A stretch of 64,000 nucleotides of DNA, taken from positions 19,859-83,858 of the forward strand of contig JAZRGM010000052.1 in assembly GCA_045644205.1 (NCBI GenBank), given 5' to 3'. The notes below the pieces were generated by a model. The model was not told the origin of the DNA. It did no database searches and was given only the letters and a program-made list of their open reading frames with translations. The position numbers and the translations under genes were made by a program. Numbering within the stretch: position 1 is the stretch's first letter; every line of letters begins with the position of its first letter. Below are positions 1 through 8,619 of this stretch, one piece after another. The DNA comes from Clostridia bacterium. Lineage in GTDB: Bacteria; Bacillota; Clostridia; UMGS1810.

Positions 1-617
1 CACTTATAAAGAAAATCGTTGGTGTTGAGAAAAAGGGTGCATTTATGAATATTGCCATTGAAGGCATAAAAGAAATTGCAGATTTAGAAATGAAAATCCT
101 CCTTGAAACCTTTGGCAAATACGGAGCAGAAGATTTAGGCTCTGAATACGGCGAAAAATGGTGGAAAGAAAAAATCACATTCTTCTATCCCGGTCATATG
201 ATGGACATTCCTCAGTGCTTTGGTACAATGGATACAATAGCTCCCTATGATAAAATTGAAAAAATTTACTGGGAAATGAAAAAGGCAATTGAAACAAACT
301 TCCCACAGGCAAAATTCATTGCACACTTCTCCCACTGGTATGAATGGGGCTGCATGATATACGACAGATTCATCGTTGATGGTAAAGATGTACCTCAGGA
401 TCCTCACGAAGCATTCAGACTCCACCAGGCAATATGGAACTGCGGTGTAAGAACCGCCCTTGCAAATGGCGGTGTTGTAAATGACCACCATGGTGTAGGT
501 ATTAAGCTTGGCAGACTTATGAAAGAACAGTATGGTCCTGCAATGCAGGTGTTTGAAGGTATCAAAAAACAGCTCGACCCCAACGGAATTATGAATCCGT
601 TCAAACTCGGACTTTAA
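1..617 (+). CDS. FAD-linked oxidase C-terminal domain protein (GlcD/D-lactate-dehydrogenase-like); the 5' end lies outside the window
   Basis: The frame is open from base 3 with no stop before the tracked ATG at 45, so that ATG is probably internal. FSHWYEWGCMIYDRF and NDHHGVGIKLG...LDPNGIMNPFKL look like the conserved C-terminal signatures of FAD-linked oxidases. The Fe-S partner gene starts 16 nt downstream. Confidence 0.7.
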   Translation, partial: LIKKIVGVEKKGAFMNIAIEGIKEIADLEMKILLETFGKYGAEDLGSEYGEKWWKEKITFFYPGHMMDIPQCFGTMDTIAPYDKIEKIYWEMKKAIETNFPQAKFIAHFSHWYEWGCMIYDRFIVDGKDVPQDPHEAFRLHQAIWNCGVRTALANGGVVNDHHGVGIKLGRLMKEQYGPAMQVFEGIKKQLDPNGIMNPFKLGL

Positions 618-632
618 TAGGAGGGAAATATA

Positions 633-1703
633 ATGCAATTTACTGAAAAATCAAAAGAACATATAGATTCCTGTCGTTTTTGCTGGATGTGTCACCATGT
701 ATGTCCAATAGGAAATGCAACAGGTTTAGAAAGAAATACAGCAAGAGCAAGAGCACTTGGTCTTTCACTTGTAGCCAGAGATGCAGTTGAATATTCGGAT
801 GATATTATAAATAATGTTTATGAATGTTCACTTTGCGGCGGATGTATGACAGATTGCGTAACAGGTTGGGATCCTGTTATGTTTACAAAAGAAGCACGCT
901 TGGGCGCCGCTCTTGACGGTAAGCTCCCACAGTATGTAATGAACATGATTACTAATTTGACCGAAAAAGGCAATATCTACGGAATAGAAAAAAATCCCAA
1001 CATCCCCGTAAAAGAAGATAATGACACCTTGTTCTTCCTCGGTGAAGATGCAAGGGCAAAAGGCTGTGCAAAATATGCTGTTGAACTTCTTGAAAAGGCA
1101 AATGTAAAATTTGCTCTTCTCAGTGATGAACCCAACAGCGGTTACTCACTCGACTTCCTTATAGGTGCTGCAGCAGAAACCAAACAGATTATGGAAGAAT
1201 GTGCTAAGGTGCTTAATAACTATAAAAAAGTTATCTGCTACGATGCAGGCGATGCTAAAGTTATGATGCGTGAGTATAAAGAGTGGGGAATAGAACTTAA
1301 CTGCGAAGTTATAACTTTCCCTGCATTTGTTGCATCCCTTATTGCAGACGGCAGCCTTAAGGTTAAAAAGACTGATAATGTATTTACTCCACAGGATAGT
1401 CCGCTTCTTGCAAGAGATATAGAAGAAACAAAAGCTATTCGTGACATTCTTTCCAAGATAGGCGAAGTAAACGAAATGCTTCTTTGTAAAGAGCATACAC
1501 ATCTTGCAGGTCACCTTATTATGAATGAATATATGCCTGATGTTATTGAAGCAGTAGCTAAAAACAGATGGATAAATGCTCTTAATATGAATGCAAAAAT
1601 CCTTGTAACAGAAAGTGTTGCAGATTATGCACTTCTTGAAAAAACAAAACCCGAAGGCATAGAACTTCTTAAATTAGAGGAGGCAGTCTTAAGATGCTTG
1701 TAA
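633..1703 (+). CDS. Fe-S oxidoreductase with two 4Fe-4S ferredoxin-type motifs (GlcF/GlpC/LutA-like, with a degenerate C-terminal half)
   Basis: CRFCWMCHHVCP and CSLCGGCMTDC both fit CxxCxxCxxxC. There is a GGAGG RBS upstream. The gene follows the FAD oxidase directly and overlaps the next gene by 10 nt. Confidence 0.7.
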   Translation: MQFTEKSKEHIDSCRFCWMCHHVCPIGNATGLERNTARARALGLSLVARDAVEYSDDIINNVYECSLCGGCMTDCVTGWDPVMFTKEARLGAALDGKLPQYVMNMITNLTEKGNIYGIEKNPNIPVKEDNDTLFFLGEDARAKGCAKYAVELLEKANVKFALLSDEPNSGYSLDFLIGAAAETKQIMEECAKVLNNYKKVICYDAGDAKVMMREYKEWGIELNCEVITFPAFVASLIADGSLKVKKTDNVFTPQDSPLLARDIEETKAIRDILSKIGEVNEMLLCKEHTHLAGHLIMNEYMPDVIEAVAKNRWINALNMNAKILVTESVADYALLEKTKPEGIELLKLEEAVLRCL

Positions 1704-2533
1704 ACCTTAAATATGTTCTTGAAATGGCAGAAAAGGGCGGATTTGCTATTCCTGCATTTAATGTATATAACATGGAAAGTGTAATTGGCGTTCTTGAAGC
1801 GGCAGAAGAAATGAAAGCTCCTATTATTATGCAGGTGTACCCACGTCTTATGAAAGAGCAAACAGGATACTTTTTATCTCCTGTAATTCTTGCCGCTGCC
1901 AAAAAAGCAAGTGTTCCTGTTTGTTTTCATTTAGATCATGGTCCGTCAGAACTTGAAACAACACGTTCAATACGCTATGGAGCAACCGGGATTATGCTCG
2001 ATGGTTCAACGCTTCCTTTTGAAGATAATATTGCTCTTACAAAAAGAGTTGTGGAAACCTGTTCACATCTTGACATTCAGGTTGAAGGTGAACTTGGACA
2101 TGTTGGTATGACTTCAGATGATGATATGGATGAGTTTACAACTCCGGAGGATGCAAAAAGGTTTGTGGAAGAAACAGGAGTTTCTTGTCTTGCTGTTGCA
2201 GTAGGTACTGCACATGGCAGATATTCAAAACCGCCAAAACTTGATATAGACAGAATAAAGGCAATTCGTGAAGCTGCAAATAATGCTGCGCTTGTACTTC
2301 ACGGTGGCAGTGGAGTTCCTGATGAAGAAATTAAAAAGGCTGTTGCAGCCGGAATTCGTAAGATGAATTTTGCAACCGATATATGCTATGCTTTTCTGGA
2401 TACATGTCTTGAAGTACTCCAAAGTGAAGATAGACCTGTTGCAATAGATACATTTATGAAAAAACCAATAAATGCAGTAAAAGAATTCTGTGTTAAGAAA
2501 ATTAAGCTTGTTGGTGCGGAAGGAAAGGCATAA
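1694..2533 (+). CDS. Class II ketose-bisphosphate aldolase family protein (IolJ/tagatose-bisphosphate-aldolase-like)
   Basis: FHLDHG, LHGGSGVPDEE, KMNFATD and the C-terminal VGAEGKA are typical of class II FBA-family aldolases. It sits in the iolJ position relative to the kinase and iolB. Confidence 0.8.
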   Translation: MLVNLKYVLEMAEKGGFAIPAFNVYNMESVIGVLEAAEEMKAPIIMQVYPRLMKEQTGYFLSPVILAAAKKASVPVCFHLDHGPSELETTRSIRYGATGIMLDGSTLPFEDNIALTKRVVETCSHLDIQVEGELGHVGMTSDDDMDEFTTPEDAKRFVEETGVSCLAVAVGTAHGRYSKPPKLDIDRIKAIREAANNAALVLHGGSGVPDEEIKKAVAAGIRKMNFATDICYAFLDTCLEVLQSEDRPVAIDTFMKKPINAVKEFCVKKIKLVGAEGKA

Positions 2534-2536
2534 TTT

Positions 2537-3448
2537 ATGAGTGATATAGTTGGAATTGGTGCAAATGTAAGTGATACACTATATACCATACCTGAATTTC
2601 CCAAAGAGGATACAAAATTAAGAGCCCTAAGTTCTGTCCAGAGTGGTGGTGGACCTTGTGCAACAGGTCTTGTTGCTGCATCTAAGCTTGGTGCGGATTG
2701 TGCATATCTTGGGGTTCTTACTGATGATAGTGCAGGTGTTTTTCTGAAAAAAGATATGGAAAAATATAATGTGTCAACCGATCTTATTGATATAAAACCG
2801 GGCTTTACATCATTTACATCTTCAATATGGCTTAGTCTGGATTCTGCATCGAGGACTTGTGTATTTCATAAAGGTGATTTGCCCCCCTTTAACCTGAATG
2901 AAACCCATAAAGAAGCCATAAAAAAAGCAAATATTCTTATGGTTGACGGTAATGAAATGGATGCAGCAGTTGAGGCAGCTAAGCTTGCAAAGAATAACGG
3001 AACAAAGGTATTATATGATGCGGGCGGTCTTTATGATGGTGTGGAAAAACTTCTTGCCCAAAGCGATATAATAATTCCATCCGAGGAGTTTTCTCTTGCA
3101 CACACCGGCACAGAAAATGCCCGTGATGCAGCGAAGGTGTTGTACGAAAAATACAGCCCTGAAGTTGTTGTTGTTACTCAAGGAAAAAAGGGCGGTATAA
3201 TTTATGATGGAGATGAAGTGAGGGAATATCCTGCCTTTGTGGTTGACGCAATAGACACAAATGGTTCGGGAGATGTTTTTCACGGTGCATTTGCATTTGC
3301 AGTAAATTATGGTTATGACTATTATAAATCATGTGTTTTTTCAAGTGCGGTATCGGCACTTAAATGCACAAGAATTGGTGCAAGAAGTGCAGTGCCCACA
3401 TTTAATGAAACTGTTAGATTTTTAAAGGAGCGTGGAATAGATGTATAA
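2537..3448 (+). CDS. PfkB-family carbohydrate kinase
   Basis: It has the N-terminal GG motif (QSGGGPCATG) and the PfkB signature DTNGSGDVFHGAFAF. It lies 3 nt after the aldolase and overlaps iolB by 8 nt. It could be an IolC analogue, but the motifs are generic. Confidence 0.8.
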   Translation: MSDIVGIGANVSDTLYTIPEFPKEDTKLRALSSVQSGGGPCATGLVAASKLGADCAYLGVLTDDSAGVFLKKDMEKYNVSTDLIDIKPGFTSFTSSIWLSLDSASRTCVFHKGDLPPFNLNETHKEAIKKANILMVDGNEMDAAVEAAKLAKNNGTKVLYDAGGLYDGVEKLLAQSDIIIPSEEFSLAHTGTENARDAAKVLYEKYSPEVVVVTQGKKGGIIYDGDEVREYPAFVVDAIDTNGSGDVFHGAFAFAVNYGYDYYKSCVFSSAVSALKCTRIGARSAVPTFNETVRFLKERGIDV

Positions 3449-4226
3449 AAGAACATGGACAAAAAACTATGGTACAAGTGTAATCTATAAAAAAGAAGAT
3501 AGCTTCTGCCAGAAGGTTGAAATTGATATGATTCGTCTTGCAGATGGTGAAAAGAAATCATACAGAGAAATAAACAAGGAATATGCCTTGGTTATTTTAG
3601 GCGGAAAATGCACAGTTAAAGGTGATGATTTTGCTTTTGAAAATGCCGGCAAAAGAAAAGATGTATTTGATGGTGCGGCAACTTGTATCTATGTTCCTGC
3701 AAATAAACCTTTTTCTATTGTAGCAGTAGGTGAAGTGCAGATTTGCGTTTGTAAATCTCCATCCGATAAAGAGTATAAACCAGCTATTGTAAATCCTGAG
3801 GATGTTGTTATCAAGAACCTTGGTAAACCCGGTTGGGAAAGAGAAGCTCATTTCATTCTTGACGAAAGAGTAGATTCCAATATGCTTTATATTGGTGAAG
3901 CTTTTGTAAAGGGCGGTCAGTGGGCAAGCTATCCACCACATAAACACGATGATGATAATATGCCAACAGAGGCAGAAACAGAAGAAATATACTACTATGA
4001 ATTTAAAAAGCCACAGGGTTTTGGTATTCAAAAGGTTTATACATTAGAAGGTGATGTTGATGAAACATACACCGTTAAATCAGGTGATTTCGTTGAAATC
4101 CCAAGAGGATATCATCCTTTCCATGCTGCACCCGGATATGATAACTATTATCTCTGGATTATGGCAGGAGAAGACAGAGGCTTCTTTATGACAACTGATC
4201 CTGACCACAAATGGCTTAACAACTAA
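3441..4226 (+). CDS. iolB: 5-deoxy-glucuronate isomerase (KduI/IolB family)
   Basis: WASYPPHKHDDDNMPTEAETEEIYYYEF...GFGIQKVYT...DETYTV...PRGYHP...GYDNYYLWIMAG...DPDHKW closely parallels Bacillus subtilis IolB as I recall it (SSYPPHKHDQDNLPEE...ETYYH...QRVYTDD..DETMTV..PAGYHP). The length of 261 aa fits. Confidence 0.85.
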   Translation: MYKRTWTKNYGTSVIYKKEDSFCQKVEIDMIRLADGEKKSYREINKEYALVILGGKCTVKGDDFAFENAGKRKDVFDGAATCIYVPANKPFSIVAVGEVQICVCKSPSDKEYKPAIVNPEDVVIKNLGKPGWEREAHFILDERVDSNMLYIGEAFVKGGQWASYPPHKHDDDNMPTEAETEEIYYYEFKKPQGFGIQKVYTLEGDVDETYTVKSGDFVEIPRGYHPFHAAPGYDNYYLWIMAGEDRGFFMTTDPDHKWLNN

Positions 4227-4248
4227 TAAATTTTTATATTAAGTGTAA

Positions 4249-4275
4249 TAGCCTCCGGAATTTATCCGGAGGCTA
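4249..4275 (+). terminator. Stem-loop after iolB (10-bp stem TAGCCTCCGG/CCGGAGGCTA) with no U-tract
   Basis: A perfect inverted repeat lies 23 nt after the iolB stop. The missing T-run makes termination efficiency uncertain. Confidence 0.45.
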
Positions 4276-4373
4276 TCGAAAACTGTGTAGCAAGTGAATT
4301 GGAAGTTTAAATGGTATTACCATTTCTTAAGATTGCAAAAGTGTAAAAAGAATTTGACAAAGAGGTGTGATAT

Positions 4374-4691
4374 ATGAAAAAACCCAGAATAATGTTTGAT
4401 AAAACGGAAGTAATTGCATATGCAACAATAATAGGCGAAATGAATAAAAAATCACAAAAGCTTTTAAATCTTACACCTGATAAATTTTCAAAGATATCAT
4501 TTGTTCCCTGTAAGGAAAAAAAGCTTTTTAAGAGTGTAGATTCAGAAAAAATAGTTCTTAATTTAAGGGGGTATGCGCGTCCTGTTGAATATACCAAAAA
4601 AGAAAATATATCTTACTTTGAGACTTATAAAACAAATTTTGAAAAATTTGCAAAAGATAACGGAATTACATTTTCTGATGAAACAAGGTAA
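4374..4691 (+). CDS. Hypothetical lysine-rich protein (105 aa)
   Basis: The ORF has an AGAGGTG RBS 6-7 nt upstream of its ATG. I recognise no family. It sits between the two halves of the sugar operon. Confidence 0.5.
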   Translation: MKKPRIMFDKTEVIAYATIIGEMNKKSQKLLNLTPDKFSKISFVPCKEKKLFKSVDSEKIVLNLRGYARPVEYTKKENISYFETYKTNFEKFAKDNGITFSDETR

Positions 4692-4757
4692 TAGTGTGTT
4701 AATATTATGTATGTTATAAAATCGGACATAAAAACATTAGCATAACCGGAGGATAAA

Positions 4758-5555
4758 ATGGAAAGAAAAATAGAAAATATTAATTTTAGAACAGTTGATA
4801 GCGAGTGGGATGTCTATTTTGATATGGCACTTGTTATGCTTGATGAAATTATGAAAAATAATTCTTTTGGGAAAAAAACAGTTATGATTGTTCCTGTTGG
4901 TCCCACACAGCAGTATCCCATTTTAGCAAGACTTGTAAATCAGCTAAAGGTATCACTCAAGAATGTTTGGTTTTTTAATATGGACGAATATCTTCTGTCA
5001 CCAAATAAAACAGTGAGCTACGATGATCCCATAAGTTTCCACTACCGTATGAATAAAGAATTTTACGAGCTTGTTGACAGCGAACTTGTAATGCCGGAAA
5101 ACCAAAGACTTTTCCCTGAGCCGGGCAAGGAAGAAGAATATGACAAACGCATTGAAGAACTTGGCGGAGTTGACCTATGTCTTGGAGGACTTGGCATAAA
5201 CGGTCACATTGCCTTTAATGAACCACCCGAACCTGGTGAAAATGTTACTGCAGATGAATTCGCTTCTCTTGGCACAAGGGTACTTCCTATAACAAGAGAA
5301 ACAAAAACCATAAATGCCTATGGCTATCAGAGAGGCGATTTAAGAGGTATGCCCGAGTGGTGCATTACCGTTGGCATGAAACAGATTTTAGTTTCAAAAC
5401 GCATATACATTGCTCTTAATAGACCATGGCAACATGGTATAGTAAAGCATGTTTTGTTTGATGAAATTCAATCTGCAATTCCTGCAAGTCTTTTGAAGCG
5501 ACATAGTGATGTGAATTTTTGTGCGTATAGAGAGCTTGTCAATGATTTATTTTAA
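4758..5555 (+). CDS. Glucosamine-6-phosphate deaminase/isomerase family protein (NagB-like)
   Basis: FFNMDEYL and GGLGINGHIAFNEP are the NagB/6-phosphogluconolactonase-family signatures. A GGAGG RBS is present. Confidence 0.75.
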   Translation: MERKIENINFRTVDSEWDVYFDMALVMLDEIMKNNSFGKKTVMIVPVGPTQQYPILARLVNQLKVSLKNVWFFNMDEYLLSPNKTVSYDDPISFHYRMNKEFYELVDSELVMPENQRLFPEPGKEEEYDKRIEELGGVDLCLGGLGINGHIAFNEPPEPGENVTADEFASLGTRVLPITRETKTINAYGYQRGDLRGMPEWCITVGMKQILVSKRIYIALNRPWQHGIVKHVLFDEIQSAIPASLLKRHSDVNFCAYRELVNDLF

Positions 5556-5578
5556 ATTTTAAAAATCAGGAGTAGAAT

Positions 5579-7054
5579 ATGAAATACTTACTTGGTATAG
5601 ATTTTGGTGGTGGTTCCTCAAAAGCGACACTTCTTTGCGAAGATGGAACTATAACTGCAACAGCAAGTTGTGAATATAAAACATTGTATCCTCAGTTTGG
5701 ATATGCGGAGCAAAACCCAAAGGATTGGGTTGATGCTACATGTCATAATATAAAATCTGTCCTTTCAAAAAGCGGTGTAAGTCCTTATGATATATGTGCA
5801 TTATCACTAGATGCAGCAACTCATACCGCTGTTATTATGGATGAAGATTTTAATGTAATCCGTCCGGCAATATACTGGACAGATACACGAAGTGTAAATG
5901 AAGTTAAATTTCTTAAAGAGAATTACAGTGAAATAATTGAAAAACAGGTTCTACATAAACCTGATACTATCTGGTCTCTTCCTGAGCTTATGTGGATAAA
6001 AAATAATGAGCCGGAAAACTGGGCGAAAGTGAGGAAAATCCTTTTTGCCAAGGACTATGTCCGTCATTTCTTCACGGGCGATTATGTAACCGACTACATT
6101 GAAGCCGAAGGCTCCATGATGTTTGATATAAACACAATGAAATGGAGCACAGAACTTTGTGGCATTTTGGGTATTGATACAAAAATGATGCCTGAAATAG
6201 TAAAGCCTGCCGATATAGTAGGAAAAATCACCAAAGAGGCAGCTGTTATTACAGGACTATACGAAGGTACACCGGTTCTTTGTGGTACAACAGATACAGT
6301 TATGGAAGTTTTTGCATCAGGTGCTGTTAAAAAAGGTCAGATGACCTTGAAACTTGCCACCGCAGGCAGAATATGTGTTGTAACAGATAAAGCATATCCT
6401 GATGTTAACCTTATTAACTATTCTCACATAGCTGATGGCTTGTTTTATCCCGGTACAGCAACAAAATCATGTGCTGCATCATACAGATGGTTTCGGGATA
6501 CCTTTGGTGAAGATTATTCAGAGCTTGACAAAAAAGCAGAAAGTGTTCCCATAGGTTCGGAAGGGCTTGTTTTTCATCCTTATTTAAATGGTGAACTCAC
6601 ACCTTATGCAAATCCAAAGCTTTGTGCAGATTTCGTTGGTGTAAGAGCATCACACACCAAAGCTCATTTTACAAGGGCGGTACTTGAGGGGGTTACCATG
6701 AGTATGCTTGATTGTATGGAAACTCTCAATGGTATGAATATCCCTCATATTGACTGTGCGGTAATCATAGGCGGTGGCGGAAAAAGTCCACTTTGGCGTC
6801 AGATGATAGCAGATGCACTTGGAATAGAGCTTATAGAAATGAAATACGCCGATTCTTCATTTGGAAGTGCAATGCTTGCAGGCGTTGCTATTGGTATTTT
6901 TAGTAACTTGTCTGATGCTCTTGAAAGGTGTAACAAAAAAGTTTCAAGCACTTTTCCTAATAAGGAAAATACAGAAAAATATAGAGAGCTATTTAGAAAA
7001 TACAAAGCCATACAAAAAGCTCTTGAACCTATATATAACGGTGAATTTATATGA
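5579..7054 (+). CDS. FGGY-family carbohydrate kinase (xylulokinase-like)
   Basis: The N-terminal LGIDFGGGSSKATL ATPase motif and the C-terminal IIGGGGKSPLWRQMIADALG motif are both present. The 491-aa length fits. The stop overlaps the next start (ATGA). Confidence 0.85.
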   Translation: MKYLLGIDFGGGSSKATLLCEDGTITATASCEYKTLYPQFGYAEQNPKDWVDATCHNIKSVLSKSGVSPYDICALSLDAATHTAVIMDEDFNVIRPAIYWTDTRSVNEVKFLKENYSEIIEKQVLHKPDTIWSLPELMWIKNNEPENWAKVRKILFAKDYVRHFFTGDYVTDYIEAEGSMMFDINTMKWSTELCGILGIDTKMMPEIVKPADIVGKITKEAAVITGLYEGTPVLCGTTDTVMEVFASGAVKKGQMTLKLATAGRICVVTDKAYPDVNLINYSHIADGLFYPGTATKSCAASYRWFRDTFGEDYSELDKKAESVPIGSEGLVFHPYLNGELTPYANPKLCADFVGVRASHTKAHFTRAVLEGVTMSMLDCMETLNGMNIPHIDCAVIIGGGGKSPLWRQMIADALGIELIEMKYADSSFGSAMLAGVAIGIFSNLSDALERCNKKVSSTFPNKENTEKYRELFRKYKAIQKALEPIYNGEFI

Positions 7055-8403
7055 AAATACTAGTTTGTGTAAAGGTAATAAAAGGTGAGATAAACCCATT
7101 TGATGAATCTGCTTTAGAATGTGCTCTTAATATGAGTAATGATGTAACAGTAATATCAATGGGACCTTTGTCTACAAAACCAGCTCTTGAAAAGCTTACA
7201 AGGCTGGGTGCAAAGGCTATTATAATAAGCGATAGTATTTATGCAGGCTCAGATACCCTTGCTACCTCGTATATCCTTTCAAAACAGATAGAAAAGATGG
7301 ATTATGACTTAATACTTTGCGGAAGACAAAGCATAGATGGCGACACAGCTCAGGTAGGACCTATGCTTTCCGCAAAGCTTGGCATACCGCTTATAACAAA
7401 TGCAATAAGCATAAATTGTAGTGATAATGAGCTTTATGCGACCACCCGTATTGGTGAAGAAAATGTTTCTAAGCCATGTCTTGTTACTCTTGAAAGGTCG
7501 CATGTTTTGCGGTTTCCAAGCATATTTTCAAAGCCTGGTGAAGTAAGTGTTGTAACAAATAATGAGCTTTGTTGCAAAGAGGCAAAATGTGGTCTTAAAG
7601 GCTCACCCACAAAAGTCCTCGAAGCTTTTGAAAGTGAACGAGGTAAGCGAAAATGTAAGTTTATATCTTTTGACGAACTTTTTCCGCTCATTGATGATTT
7701 AATGAAAAAATCAGATGAAAAAGCAAAGGATGAATATAACGGTGAGAAATTAAAATCAGTATGGGCAATAGGTGAGGAAATGGTTGAAAAAGCAAGAGAA
7801 ATAGCAGATGATGTTGTTTTAATTGAAAAACTTCCGCCCAAAGATATTGCCAAACTGATATTAACTGAAAAACCTGATGTTGTGCTTTGGAACGCAGACC
7901 TTTGGGGCAGAAAAAATGCTCCCATAGTTGCAGCTATGCTTGAAACAGGACTTTGTGCTGATTGTACTCAGCTTGGTGTTGACGGAGAAAATCTTATTAT
8001 GTATCGTCCGGCACAAGGTGGAAATATAACCGCAAAAATAAAGTGCACTGCAACTCCTCAGATGGCAACGGTGCGAACAAAAACGGCAAGTTCTGAAATT
8101 ATAATTTCGGGTGGAAAGGGTGTAGTTGATAAATTCGATAAACTAAATATTCTTGCCGAAAAGCTTGATGCCGAAATTGGTGCATCAAGAGGACTTGTCG
8201 ATATGAACAAAGCTCCTTATGAAATGCAAATTGGTCTCACGGGAAAAACAGTTAGTCCCAAAATATACATAGCCATTGGCATTTCTGGAGCTGTTCACCA
8301 TACCTGTGCAATTGAAGGATCACAAACAGTAATAGCAATAAATCCTGATAAAGACGCAAGAATATTTGAATATGCAGACTATGGCATAGTAGAAGAGTTT
8401 TAA
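7051..8403 (+). CDS. Fused electron-transfer flavoprotein: EtfB-like N-terminal half plus EtfA-like C-terminal half
   Basis: The N-terminus MKILVCVKVIKGEINPFDESALECAL...GRQSIDGDTAQVGPMLSAKLGIP is EtfB/FixA-like. The C-terminus GASRGLVDMNKAPYEMQIGLTGKTVSPKIYIAIGISGAVHHTCAIEGSQTVIAINPDKDARIFEYADYGIV is the EtfA FAD-binding domain. It is a single 450-aa ORF. Confidence 0.8.
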   Translation: MKILVCVKVIKGEINPFDESALECALNMSNDVTVISMGPLSTKPALEKLTRLGAKAIIISDSIYAGSDTLATSYILSKQIEKMDYDLILCGRQSIDGDTAQVGPMLSAKLGIPLITNAISINCSDNELYATTRIGEENVSKPCLVTLERSHVLRFPSIFSKPGEVSVVTNNELCCKEAKCGLKGSPTKVLEAFESERGKRKCKFISFDELFPLIDDLMKKSDEKAKDEYNGEKLKSVWAIGEEMVEKAREIADDVVLIEKLPPKDIAKLILTEKPDVVLWNADLWGRKNAPIVAAMLETGLCADCTQLGVDGENLIMYRPAQGGNITAKIKCTATPQMATVRTKTASSEIIISGGKGVVDKFDKLNILAEKLDAEIGASRGLVDMNKAPYEMQIGLTGKTVSPKIYIAIGISGAVHHTCAIEGSQTVIAINPDKDARIFEYADYGIVEEF

Positions 8404-8619
8404 TTTGAAACAATTATGGTTATTAAGTAAAAAAAGATAATAGATCTAAATAATCATAAATATGGCTTATTATGGGAAAGAAATTTGAGGTGTATGCGAT
8501 AAGATAACATATAGAGTTATAGTGGATTAAGGATTTTGAGTTGACATTAATAATTAATAGAATCAGGGGTGATATAATATAGAATTTGAACTGAACAAGA
8601 TTGTACTAAAAGCACTTCA

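Noticed and set aside
135-638. Long antisense ORFs inside well-supported genes: 135-638(-), 3597-4031(-), 7434-7925(-), 13926-14318(-), 16870-17316(-), 22953-23426(-), 51710-52126(-), 53756-54067(-), 53805-54116(-) and the many 60-120-aa ORFs in the track.
   Set aside because: Each lies wholly within, and opposite to or out of frame with, a CDS that has clear family motifs. They have no RBS or motifs and show odd, low-complexity composition. They are shadow ORFs typical of AT-rich coding sequence.
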